64,000 nucleotides of DNA from a virus, in the IMG/VR virus record IMGVR_UViG_3300037247_001358, positions 5,344 to 69,343 of that record; one strand, written 5' to 3'. The notes under the pieces were generated by a model. That model was not told the DNA's origin. It saw nothing but the letters and a program-made list of their open reading frames with translations, and did no database searches. Numbering within the stretch: position 1 is the stretch's first letter; every line of letters begins with the position of its first letter. Positions 54,758 through 64,000 of this stretch are shown in pieces. The position numbers and the translations under genes are program-made.

Positions 54758-55249
54758 CTATGTCTCCCTAATCTCTACCTTGAGCAATTCGGCGTCCCCA
54801 GCAGCGGTATCGCTAGCGGCATCCCGTGTCACCTTCAGCCGGAAGGACTCGCCCACAGCGATGCTATCCATATCCGCCCCATCGGCGAAGGCCACGCTTA
54901 CGATATCTACGAGTCCTGATGTTGCAGGAACCGTAATATTGTCCACGCTGTTGCGCGCTGCGAAGCCGTCGCTGTCGATGTCCTGTTGCTGGTCGCCGAT
55001 GCGCTCGAATGCAACATCCCAGTCGATGTCACCACTGGTAGCTGAGGACATCGCATAGTGAAGGTAGACGGTCACACCCCCGCCGGCGTAGTGCTGCGGC
55101 ATGACGCCAGAGAATACAGCACTTTCGTCGGTCGTGGCGTCGAAGTCCAGGCATGGGTGTTGGTTCCTCGTATCTAGTGTGGCCGCAGCGCTGCTCGGCG
55201 GTTCGTTATGCAGCGGCGTGAAAACTACGAGGGTGTCTCCAGATGCCAT
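54758..55249 (-). CDS. beta-sandwich virion/tail accessory protein
   Basis: FDATTDESA...MP..Y...TRDA...DT..GDA.L pattern. Confidence 0.65.
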   Translation of the reverse strand: MASGDTLVVFTPLHNEPPSSAAATLDTRNQHPCLDFDATTDESAVFSGVMPQHYAGGGVTVYLHYAMSSATSGDIDWDVAFERIGDQQQDIDSDGFAARNSVDNITVPATSGLVDIVSVAFADGADMDSIAVGESFRLKVTRDAASDTAAGDAELLKVEIRET

Positions 55250-55359
55250 CTAGTACCATCCTCTCCAGTAGTCTAGCTCCGAGAGGCGCTTTCGGATAAG
55301 CACCACATCGGGGCCACCATCCCTAGCGTCGGGGTCGTAGGCTGCGCGGCGGATGGTCA

Positions 55360-58300
55360 TTAGAATGCCTCCGCCCTTTCCTTGAAGTAGAAGAACACGT
55401 TGACATCCTTGGGTGCTGTCCCCCCGACCGCCGAACAGCGGGCGCGAATGAAGATGTTGTCGCCCACCCAGGAGTTGTCCAGCACCGTGTCGTCTACCTC
55501 GGTACTCGTGTCCAGGGCCAGGGTGTAGAGCACCGACGGGCTGGAGAAGGCGGGGTTGTCGTCGGCCTCGATTAGGATCGTCGTCGTACCAGTACCCGCC
55601 GTTCCTGCGATGGCCTTTGCCCGAATAGCGGTGAAGGCACCGTGCTCACCCGACTCGCCGACGCACTTACCAGGGCGGCCACCCATGACTCCTATTACCA
55701 GGTTTTCGGCCAGGGCTGGGAACTCAGCGATGTGGATGGTGAAGATCTCCTCGAAGACCGGGGCCGCGCTTACTCCGGCTGCCACGAGTACCGTGGCGTC
55801 CGCTCCCAGCGCCAGCTCCTGCTCGTCGCCGGAGCCGTCCGTGTAGAGCACCTTCCAGTTGGCGTGCTCGGTGTGAGCAGCGATGCCGTGGACCGCGTTG
55901 TGGGTGACGCCGTGATTGGTGTGGGCATGGAGGGCATCGGCGTCGGATGTGTCAGTCAGCGTCTCTAATTCAGCGGCGGTCGCGCCCTGGCCAGTGTGGC
56001 TCTCAGGAGCGTGGGCCTCGGCGTGGTCACGGGCCGCAATGTCCACGCCGTCCACGGTACCCGACACGAGGATGTTGCCTGCCACATCCAGCGGCGCGGC
56101 AGGCGAGGAGTCCGCCCCAAGCTTCACGTTCCCCACGAAGCGGGACTCCGACAGGTTGCGGATGCCGATGTTGGTGGCCGCTGCGGTCAGGGCCCCGATG
56201 TCTATGCCATACTGGGTGGTGATAGCCCCCAACGATCCCGTCGGGTCGAAGATGCGGATGTCCGTTAGGGTTGTAATGATAGGGGCAGAAATCCCAACGA
56301 AGTATGGCGACCAGGCCACGACATCTACAAATGTCCCCGTACCCCCACCAGGAGCGGATAGCCCGAACCCAGACTGAAGACCGGTTTGAGTCCCAGAGAG
56401 GGTCTCACCCGAAACAACCTGGATAATAGAACCGAGGAGTGTCCCAACGTGGCTCCTCGTCACCGAGCTAGTGTGAGTGATGACACTCGCCGTTCTTAGG
56501 TCGAATCCCAGAAGGCTACCCGCCGGGTCAGTCCTGTCCTCCCGTAGGCGCAGCACCTCGTCGGCCTGAAGCGCCGCATCGGCACCAATCGCCATGTGGC
56601 CCTCGACGAATAGGCTGTCAGGTGTCCGCCACTCACCGGAACCATCTTGGTAGAGCTGTACGTCCCCGACAAGAATCCCGCCGCCAGAACCTGCTGTCGG
56701 TAGCTTGAGTTGTCCCGTTGTCTCATCCAGCTCGAACTTAGAGGATGACCCCAGGAAGACGGAGCCTTTAGTGGCGTGGGCCGTAGAGACGAGAGTGAGA
56801 TCCTCGCCAGAGGCGATCCCGCCCTGGAGCGTCTGCCCGCCAGATCGCCCGGCGAGCAGCGCGTACTGTGCATGATCGTCACCCCCAAGCCCAGCTAGGT
56901 CTGCTCCATGATCTATCGTTCCATCCGGCTGCGACGTCAGCGCGATGATCCCGCTTGCATCCGGTGCCGTCAGCGTCCGTGTATTGCCCGACGCGATTCC
57001 GGAGAGCTGGAACTCTAGGAGCTTAGTGACGTCGCTCTCGTCGAACAGCTTGAAGGCATTGTCCGCGAACTCCGTCGTGATGGCTGACGTGCCCCCACCC
57101 GCAACAAGGTTCGGGATCAGCCCCCGGAGGTCTGTCTCTTGCTCGGAAGTCCAAGTGCCTCCCGAAGCCGCCTGATGACGCAGGGTGAGCCGTGAGATCA
57201 GGAAGGCCGTGCCCTTGAAGTCGTCCGGGATGGTGAAGTCGGTGAAGCCGGAGACGTCGTCTATCGCATCGCCCAATTTGTTGTAGGAGCCGGACGGAAG
57301 GTTGATGAAGAGATGCGTCTCGTCTGTCTCCTCGCTCACGCTGGCCCAGATGACGAGGTTGAAATACTTCCCCGACATGGAGCCGCCCGCCGAGTCGGTG
57401 AGGAGATCGGCGAGGTCCGTGACCGGCGTGTAGGGGGACACGCTGTCGTTGACGACATGGACGTTCGTCCCCGTCGCTGTGTCGAATGCGGGCACCGTAT
57501 GGAGGTGCATCTGGTAGACCTCACCCGCCGTCGTGGCGAAGTCCACATTATCCGGGGCACCGGCATTCGTCGTGATCGTGAGGGTCTGCGCGACGCCGCT
57601 CTCGTAGGTGGCGGAATGCTGCCGGATCCACCGACCGAGATGCGAGTAGTGCCCCTGCTCATCGCTTCCCTGAACATGGTCATGCCACACATGGACGACA
57701 AGCGCGTTCTCGGTCTGTGTGGTCGCGGCCGATTGCAGGATCACGATGGCAATCGGAGCGTGTTCTTCGCTGGGCCAGCCCGACGTGCTGACGGTTAGGG
57801 TCTTGTTCGACTGGAGGATATAGACGTAGTTGGTCTGCGGAGACGTATCGCTGCCGGCGGTCAGAGAAACGGTGACCGCAGGCGTCGTGTCGAACGTAGA
57901 GAACCCATCGGAGAAGACGAGGGTGAGGTCCCCACCTCCCGCCTGATCCAGGGCCAGCGTGACTGTTGTCCCGTTGGATGAGACGACCATTCGTGTCGTC
58001 TCCAAGATGGAGCCGTTGAAGAAGTCGAGCTGGGAAGTCCCACCTACACGGAAGTGTTCTGTGCTAGAGATCGTTGCGCGTAGAATGTTGTCACTGCCTA
58101 CGCGCCAGTGGGTGTCCCGGTCGGTGTCGATGATCTCGGTAGAGCTGTGGGCACCACCAACGTAGACGTTGGATCCGTCGGGTGAGAAGGCCCACACGAA
58201 ATCGTGAGCGTCGTCCAGGGCGATATCGTCGTTTCCGATGCACTCGATGTTGCCCGTGCCGTGCTTGAAGACCACCGTGCGCGCGTCGTGCGCCGGGTAG

Positions 58301-59751
58301 AAGAAGTAGAGCTGATTCGCAACGAGGCCGTTGATAGTGTCGAGGTCGTCCGTCGCCGCATCGCCCTCGGTGTCGATAGTGTGGTGACTCTGGGTGACGG
58401 TGATGGCGCCGGAGGAGATGGTCAGTTCGGTGTCGGCCCCCCAGCGGAAATCACCAACGGGGGGGCCAGAGGTGGCGTAGCCCGTTGTACAGTTGTCCCA
58501 GTCACGGCAGGCGTTGAGAACCACACAGTCCTCATTCGCAATGTCGAAGTCGACAGCTATGTGAGCTTCCGCGCCACCCGGCCCCTGGAGGGAGTTGCCT
58601 ACAATGGAGATATTCTTAGCGGTGCCCGCACCCCCAGTCACCTTGACTGCGCGGGTGTCGGCGTGGTCGTTGCTGCACCGGATGAAGTTGCCGTCGATGG
58701 TCGCATTCGTAGGGCTGGTAGTACCGGGCGTCCCTATCTGAAGACATGGAGCAGCCGCTTGGAAGTCCAGAATGATGTTGCCCGTGAAGACGAAGGGCCA
58801 GTTGTCAAGGGTATAGGTGCGTGACCAAGCGTAGGTTGTAATGATGCGGAAGAGGTTGTTCGTGATGAGGATACCATCTACCCCCACGTCGACATCGGTG
58901 CTGTCCACACGCCGCTGTAGGTAGTCCAGAGAGGCGAAGTCGCAGTTGCTGACGACAAACTTCCCTATAGAGCCAAGTGCGGTACTGATAGTGACGAGGG
59001 CGCCGATGTTCACATCGCTCATCACCCGCTCAAGGAGAATGTCCTCTACGTTAGCACTGCCCGTTCCCCTGAAGTTGAAGATGGCCGTCCACTTCCCTGA
59101 CGAACCTGAGAAGGTTACGTCGATAAGTTCGATGTCGGGTAAGATGAATCCACCCGTACCTGTGAACCAAGGGCCACCCGTGGCGGCGCTGGGGCGGGTG
59201 AAAGACACGCCTTGGAAGCGCAGTTTCGAGCCATCGGAGCCTCCCGAGCTTGCCGTCCCGTGGTTGATGAGAGCGTCCGCACCAAGACCAGCCGCCACGG
59301 TGAAGGTCGGCCGGTTGATGCCTGCCGACATCACCGTGATCTCCTGTCCGTCGGCTAGGTTCGTCAGAGCGTGCGTAGTGGCAATCGACTCTGAGTGACC
59401 GGAGCAAATCCAGATCACTCGGTCTCCACCCGTGGCGATTGCTGCCTCCAATGCTCCACTGGCGCCAAAGAGAAGAAGATGGGTGCCCCGCCCATTGGAG
59501 TCGACCACGTAGTCGACGTTCACCAGCCCCTCTCGGCCCCCCTGGGTCACCTGATAGAGCGGCGGCACGTTCGATGTACGGGCGTGGAACGTCGCGTCAT
59601 CCGAAAGGGCGGTGAAGGTCGCTACGCCGTGGATGTTGGTGGTCTCGAGAGCGATGATGGTGCCGTCGGACTGCTTGCGGGCCTCGACGGCGACGTTCGA
59701 CTGGGGCTCCGACGTGTAGGGGTCGAGAATGACAACGAATACTTCGAGCAT
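55360..59751 (-). CDS. tail spike/fibre (receptor-binding protein) with beta-helix region
   Basis: 1463 aa Gly/Thr/Ser-rich; beta-helix repeats (ITNN, FTGN, IDGN, IVGN); DDHAQY fibre motif; His-rich linker. Confidence 0.8.
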   Translation of the reverse strand: MLEVFVVILDPYTSEPQSNVAVEARKQSDGTIIALETTNIHGVATFTALSDDATFHARTSNVPPLYQVTQGGREGLVNVDYVVDSNGRGTHLLLFGASGALEAAIATGGDRVIWICSGHSESIATTHALTNLADGQEITVMSAGINRPTFTVAAGLGADALINHGTASSGGSDGSKLRFQGVSFTRPSAATGGPWFTGTGGFILPDIELIDVTFSGSSGKWTAIFNFRGTGSANVEDILLERVMSDVNIGALVTISTALGSIGKFVVSNCDFASLDYLQRRVDSTDVDVGVDGILITNNLFRIITTYAWSRTYTLDNWPFVFTGNIILDFQAAAPCLQIGTPGTTSPTNATIDGNFIRCSNDHADTRAVKVTGGAGTAKNISIVGNSLQGPGGAEAHIAVDFDIANEDCVVLNACRDWDNCTTGYATSGPPVGDFRWGADTELTISSGAITVTQSHHTIDTEGDAATDDLDTINGLVANQLYFFYPAHDARTVVFKHGTGNIECIGNDDIALDDAHDFVWAFSPDGSNVYVGGAHSSTEIIDTDRDTHWRVGSDNILRATISSTEHFRVGGTSQLDFFNGSILETTRMVVSSNGTTVTLALDQAGGGDLTLVFSDGFSTFDTTPAVTVSLTAGSDTSPQTNYVYILQSNKTLTVSTSGWPSEEHAPIAIVILQSAATTQTENALVVHVWHDHVQGSDEQGHYSHLGRWIRQHSATYESGVAQTLTITTNAGAPDNVDFATTAGEVYQMHLHTVPAFDTATGTNVHVVNDSVSPYTPVTDLADLLTDSAGGSMSGKYFNLVIWASVSEETDETHLFINLPSGSYNKLGDAIDDVSGFTDFTIPDDFKGTAFLISRLTLRHQAASGGTWTSEQETDLRGLIPNLVAGGGTSAITTEFADNAFKLFDESDVTKLLEFQLSGIASGNTRTLTAPDASGIIALTSQPDGTIDHGADLAGLGGDDHAQYALLAGRSGGQTLQGGIASGEDLTLVSTAHATKGSVFLGSSSKFELDETTGQLKLPTAGSGGGILVGDVQLYQDGSGEWRTPDSLFVEGHMAIGADAALQADEVLRLREDRTDPAGSLLGFDLRTASVITHTSSVTRSHVGTLLGSIIQVVSGETLSGTQTGLQSGFGLSAPGGGTGTFVDVVAWSPYFVGISAPIITTLTDIRIFDPTGSLGAITTQYGIDIGALTAAATNIGIRNLSESRFVGNVKLGADSSPAAPLDVAGNILVSGTVDGVDIAARDHAEAHAPESHTGQGATAAELETLTDTSDADALHAHTNHGVTHNAVHGIAAHTEHANWKVLYTDGSGDEQELALGADATVLVAAGVSAAPVFEEIFTIHIAEFPALAENLVIGVMGGRPGKCVGESGEHGAFTAIRAKAIAGTAGTGTTTILIEADDNPAFSSPSVLYTLALDTSTEVDDTVLDNSWVGDNIFIRARCSAVGGTAPKDVNVFFYFKERAEAF

Positions 59752-59754
59752 CTC

Positions 59755-60327
59755 TTACCCCGGCCTGCGCTCTACCACTTCCTGACCCCGCCAGGCAAGT
59801 TCGAGGACGTATTCGGCTCGGACAAGGAGGTCGGTCTCCCAAAGATCGATGACCCGGATACCCCGGCTCTCCAGGTTGGCGCGGGCGATCAGATCGCGGG
59901 CACGGTCCTCGGCCTGGAGGAGGTGGTAGCGTTCCCCCATCACCCGCCAGCCTTCGCTACGGAGCGGGAAGAAGAAGTCCAGGACGAAGCCTCCGAACTC
60001 TGTACGCCCCCCAAGCAAAGGGTGCTGGAAGACAAAATCGACCCCTTCGAGTTGCTTCTTCTTGAAGACGAGGAACTCGTAGACAATGAACTCGGGCAGG
60101 CTGCCGTTCGTCCGCGCGTGCCACGCCTCGTAGCGCCGGAGGAGATCCTCATCCTCGTTGGCTGGGATCGGGATGTCGGGGCCGGCGAGCGGCCGGATCT
60201 CCAGCTCGCCAGCGCGGAACCGGCGCTCGGGGAAAGGGGTGCTTGGCACCTCCGGCGCGGAGGGAAACTGCGGCAGCGTCCTGCGGACAACGCGACTCGG
60301 CTCTTCCTGCTGTTCGTTTACCATCAC
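59755..60327 (-). CDS. Vsr/DUF559-like nuclease-fold protein in tail operon
   Basis: S.PE..V...L, FQ, LDF, G..YH, D..RD, G.RV..LWE. Confidence 0.6.
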   Translation of the reverse strand: MMVNEQQEEPSRVVRRTLPQFPSAPEVPSTPFPERRFRAGELEIRPLAGPDIPIPANEDEDLLRRYEAWHARTNGSLPEFIVYEFLVFKKKQLEGVDFVFQHPLLGGRTEFGGFVLDFFFPLRSEGWRVMGERYHLLQAEDRARDLIARANLESRGIRVIDLWETDLLVRAEYVLELAWRGQEVVERRPG

Positions 60328-62726
60328 GCGCGAACCGGTTGGATAAGCGTCAAGTTGATCCGTCCCGTGACGGTCGTCGTCGCTCTGTTATCGTCTTGGG
60401 CGTAGACCATGTCGGCGATCTGCACCCGTACGTTGTCGCCCGTCGGTTCCATCTCCGGCAGGACGAGCTTGACGAGGGTCTGCTTGTCCCAAATGGTTTC
60501 TAGGAGATCCCAGACGTTCTGGTGGCTGGCATTCGCATCAGGGGTCCCATCGTCGTCAGTGTCAACCTGGGTCTTCTGCTCGATCATCTTATCGACGTCG
60601 ACCATCACCACCCAGGTCTTCCGCAGCTTGGACTTCTTGCTGTAGACGAGGGTGATGGCGCGCAACTCCGGCGTCCGGTTGAGGACGTTGACCTTGGTAC
60701 CGTCGGTGTGGGTGGCGGCGTCCGTGCCACGAATGCCCCGGTCGGCGTTGGCGGCCACGGTGAAGCTCGTCGAGGTGATGCTGCTGTACTCCATCGCCTC
60801 ATTGTCGATCTCAACGAGGCCCGTGTCGGGCCAGCCGGTCGTGTCGTCGACGTCGAACGTCCCAGCGGTCGTGACTGAAATGGCCCCATCGAGCTGTGTC
60901 GCCCCGTCCCGCCAGACGCGGATCTTGAACTGCACTGTGCGGAACTCGACACCGGCCTCGTCCGCCGCATCGAACTGGAAGATGTTCGCGTCGGGGGTTC
61001 CCCGCACCGATGCCGTCCCTAGTATCGTGAAGGCACCACTCTCGTCATCATCGAGGCGGTAGGAGACCTCGACCTTGGACCCTGCGAGACACTCCTGAAG
61101 ATCGACCTTGACGTAGTAGAGCGACCCCTGGATGTCACGAAAGCCGCCATCGATCCATCCTACTCGGAATCCCCCCGAGCCCGGATCGTCGAACTCGTCT
61201 ACGCCATCGATCGGGATCGTACCGATCTGGGGCAGGCGGAAGGAGTGGAGCCGGACCTTCTTGGCCGCGCCCGGGTGCATCTGGCAGAGGACGTTGAGCG
61301 CCCGGCTCGTCGACTGCTGCATCTCGGCCGCCGCGATGACACCGATCGGATAACGGTCGATGATAGCGGCGATCGGGTTGACCGCTACGGTGGTCGACGA
61401 CGCTATCGCCTCCTGCTTCTCCATGAACTGGGACCAGCCGGCGCCGTTGTAGGCGAAGATGACGAAGCCGAGCGTGGCTCCCGCCGCGATGATCTTGCCC
61501 AACGCCGTGCGCTCGGCGACAGCGAAGAGCTGGTCGCCGCCATCGACGAAGCCGGTGATGCGGTAGCGCCCGTCCCGCAGGCTGTCGGGGACACCGTCCC
61601 TTCCCCAGAGACCGATCTTCCGCACCGTCTCCGTCCCCCCGCCCCCCGGCGTGTAGAGCCAGATGTCCCAACCGTCCGTGACCACGATGTTGCCCTGCCA
61701 GATGACCCCGTTGACGAGATAGTGGTAATCCCCAATGTTCACCGGCGTCGCCTTGCGGATCGCATAGTTCAGGGCATAGAGGCGGCCGTCCCCATAGTCG
61801 AGGAAGTACACAGCAGCGACCGGCGTCTGGGGATGAGTTGCCACGCCCAGGAAGCGGCAGACACCATGCGGTTGCCAGATCGGCGGATTGATCGCGGCGC
61901 TGGCCTCGTCGACATTCCAATCCGTCCCACCGTTGGTTGGGTCGGCGCTGTACATGAAATACATGTTGATGTCCTGGGCGATCACGAGGTTTGCGCCCTC
62001 GTCCCCAACCGGAGCAACGATGGCGTCCCAAAGCGCCTTTGTCCCCTCCACCCACGTTGGGGAGGCGGCATCGGGATCATTGGTGTAGAAATACTTCGAG
62101 GTGCTCCCCAGCGGATTGTCGTTCACCGTAACGAGGTAGAGCCGCCGAGTGCCTACTGGACTTCCAGGAGCCCGAAATAGGAAGAGCCGTGTCGTCTTAG
62201 CGGGCTCGTTGTCGGCGCTCCCCGACACCAGGCCACCACCACCGTCGTAGTCGAAGAGCTGCGCCCGCACCAGGGAGTCCCTATCCGAGTCCATCCGATA
62301 GACGGTGTCGCCGGCGCCGTAGTAGTACCAGGACGAAAAGCCCGCGCCCCGATCGGCTCGAGTGATACCGATGGCCGCCCCATCCATAACCCCACTAGAC
62401 AGGGATAGCTTGTTGGTGGGCTCGTTGTCGGGACTGACGACGTAGCGTTTCGGTGGCAGTGTGATGTGGCGGGAGCGGCGGAGATCGACTCCACCGGGGT
62501 TGTCCCAATGGGTACCGAGCGCCTCGCGGATGTCGAGCTGGCGGTGGCCGAAGCCACCGGAGAAATCTTCTAGGACGGTATAGAAGGCGTGCTGACGGTC
62601 GTCGTAGGTAGCGCGGCCGATCTTCAGCCCGGAGGTGAACTCCGAGACCGACTTGCCGGCCTGGACCCCATCGCAGAGGAGGGTAGTACCGTTAAGGATG
62701 ATGTGATCAACGGGGTCGACTGCCAC
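60324..62726 (-). CDS. tail nozzle / tail tubular protein B-like
   Basis: 800 aa, N-terminal DFSGG, beta-propeller-like composition, follows adaptors. Confidence 0.6.
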   Translation of the reverse strand: MAVDPVDHIILNGTTLLCDGVQAGKSVSEFTSGLKIGRATYDDRQHAFYTVLEDFSGGFGHRQLDIREALGTHWDNPGGVDLRRSRHITLPPKRYVVSPDNEPTNKLSLSSGVMDGAAIGITRADRGAGFSSWYYYGAGDTVYRMDSDRDSLVRAQLFDYDGGGGLVSGSADNEPAKTTRLFLFRAPGSPVGTRRLYLVTVNDNPLGSTSKYFYTNDPDAASPTWVEGTKALWDAIVAPVGDEGANLVIAQDINMYFMYSADPTNGGTDWNVDEASAAINPPIWQPHGVCRFLGVATHPQTPVAAVYFLDYGDGRLYALNYAIRKATPVNIGDYHYLVNGVIWQGNIVVTDGWDIWLYTPGGGGTETVRKIGLWGRDGVPDSLRDGRYRITGFVDGGDQLFAVAERTALGKIIAAGATLGFVIFAYNGAGWSQFMEKQEAIASSTTVAVNPIAAIIDRYPIGVIAAAEMQQSTSRALNVLCQMHPGAAKKVRLHSFRLPQIGTIPIDGVDEFDDPGSGGFRVGWIDGGFRDIQGSLYYVKVDLQECLAGSKVEVSYRLDDDESGAFTILGTASVRGTPDANIFQFDAADEAGVEFRTVQFKIRVWRDGATQLDGAISVTTAGTFDVDDTTGWPDTGLVEIDNEAMEYSSITSTSFTVAANADRGIRGTDAATHTDGTKVNVLNRTPELRAITLVYSKKSKLRKTWVVMVDVDKMIEQKTQVDTDDDGTPDANASHQNVWDLLETIWDKQTLVKLVLPEMEPTGDNVRVQIADMVYAQDDNRATTTVTGRINLTLIQPVRA

Positions 62727-62740
62727 CTAACCATCCTCCT

Positions 62741-63373
62741 TTACCGACTCGGCACGTACTCCGCATTGGGGTTGACGCGGTTCTCGGCCGGATGACGGGC
62801 GAGCATCGCTTCGCTGCGCCCGAACGCCCGATCACCCAGCGCCAACCGCGTACGGTCGATCTCGAGCGTCGGGTTCCCCGTCGCCTGGAAGTCCAACGCG
62901 AAGGACATCGCCCGATCACGCAGGAAGGATTCCAGACCGAGATCCACAGTCTCCGCCAGCCCCGTTGCGCCCGAACTGTAGATGGTCGGGCGCTTCTGGC
63001 CGACCACCTTCATCAGCTTGCCGGCGGGGATCGGGAAGCCCCGGCTGATGAAGAACTTCGGCACACTGTCATCGAGGCGGATGGACCAGAAGTGATAGGG
63101 TACCTCCTCATCCCAGGTCGAGGTGCCCGTCGCCGTGTTCTCCACCCGCAGCTCGCTCACGTAGGCGAAGGACGCTGGGACATTGTACTCGTAGGTGTTG
63201 GAGGTCCAGGTGAGGGACTCGTCATCCTCCAGGACGATCAGTTGCCCGGAGCGCTGCGCGTCGCGGGCGGCCATGTTGAGGAAAGTCTGAAGCTGGGAGA
63301 TCGTGACCTCGACCGACTCTGAGGGCCGGAGTACGGCGTAGATCTCATCAACTAGGTCCTGTACGATCGCCAT
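62741..63373 (-). CDS. head-tail adaptor-like protein (paralog 2)
   Basis: About 200 aa, adaptor-like N-terminus, position before nozzle. Confidence 0.65.
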   Translation of the reverse strand: MAIVQDLVDEIYAVLRPSESVEVTISQLQTFLNMAARDAQRSGQLIVLEDDESLTWTSNTYEYNVPASFAYVSELRVENTATGTSTWDEEVPYHFWSIRLDDSVPKFFISRGFPIPAGKLMKVVGQKRPTIYSSGATGLAETVDLGLESFLRDRAMSFALDFQATGNPTLEIDRTRLALGDRAFGRSEAMLARHPAENRVNPNAEYVPSR

Positions 63374-63374
63374 C

Positions 63375-63953
63375 TCAACGTCCCGGCACGTGCCGCGCGA
63401 GCGGAAGCACCTTGTACTGCTGGGGCTTGCGTTCCAGCAGCGCCTCGGAGTCCCTCATCTTCAGTTCCCGCAATTGGAGCCGTGTACGGTCCAGCTCAGA
63501 GCCTCCAGCGGCCATGAAGCCCAGCGCGTAGGCGGCCGCACGGTCGCGCAGGAAGGACTCCAGGCTCACGTCGACGGTATCACCTACGGCGGTGTAAATG
63601 GTCGGGCGCTTCCAGCCGTAGACCGTCGCGGCGCCGGTTGGCCGGACAGACGGCTCGAAGACGAAGGAGGGGCTGCTGCTGACCTCCTCCAGGCGCCAAT
63701 AGTGGGGCGCCACCTCAATAGCGGTAGAGGTGATGCGGACGTCCTTGATGAAGACGAAGTCGGCGGGGACGGTGACCGCTCCTGCCGCTACCGTGATGGT
63801 GGCGTCCTCGATCGGGAGCATCCAGCCGGAGTTGCTGGCATCGTGGGCGGCGTCGGCGATCAGGGTTATGAGCTGGGCCTCTGTGACCTCCGCGTTGCCT
63901 GTATCCCGTATGTGAATCTCGATCGAGTCGATAAGATTCTGTACGGTTGTAAT
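63375..63953 (-). CDS. head-tail adaptor-like protein (paralog 1), ATT start
   Basis: Open frame extends to ATT at 63953, GGAGG 6 nt upstream; aligns end to end with 62741-63373. Confidence 0.7.
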   Translation of the reverse strand: MTTVQNLIDSIEIHIRDTGNAEVTEAQLITLIADAAHDASNSGWMLPIEDATITVAAGAVTVPADFVFIKDVRITSTAIEVAPHYWRLEEVSSSPSFVFEPSVRPTGAATVYGWKRPTIYTAVGDTVDVSLESFLRDRAAAYALGFMAAGGSELDRTRLQLRELKMRDSEALLERKPQQYKVLPLARHVPGR

Positions 63954-64000
63954 CGCACGCCTCCGTTAGGCCCCTCTGACCAGCTCCCGCGCCCCCAGCA

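Noticed and set aside
1-64000. Alternative genetic code (stop-codon reassignment) or diversity-generating retroelement
   Set aside because: Core genes are intact under code 11 with all three stops used; no reverse transcriptase or TR/VR pair seen

Overview
The whole window is a GC-rich tailed dsDNA bacteriophage genome segment, probably podovirus-like. No tape measure protein, major capsid protein, integrase, tRNA, rRNA or CRISPR array is seen. Layout: (i) 1-16.8 kb, minus strand: packaging and virion operon, with a cluster of very basic small proteins, terminase large subunit, portal and a 1941-aa putative internal virion protein. (ii) About 17-19.6 kb: divergence zone with a Tad1-like anti-defence sponge, a non-coding repeat region and back-to-back promoters. 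(iii) 19.7-52.6 kb, plus strand: early genes (Ocr-like DNA mimic, HTH regulators), then replication, recombination and nucleotide genes, then endolysin and a degenerate second PolA-like protein. The replication block includes an SF2 helicase, two DNA methyltransferases, dCMP deaminase, DnaB-like helicase, primase, SSB, RecA, RuvC-like resolvase, HerA-like ATPase and a UDG-PolA fusion with an intein. (iv) 52.6-64 kb, minus strand: duplicated head-tail adaptors, nozzle, tail spike and holin-like genes. Most unusual observations: a tandem promoter + hairpin-RNA array at 29.34-29.81 kb whose loops share CCCCGCCACC; several genes that appear to start at ATT/ATA/ACG; a catalytically dead PolA paralog; a genome-wide operator-like box; repeated gene-junction sequences. 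All family assignments come from motif recognition by eye, not database searches.
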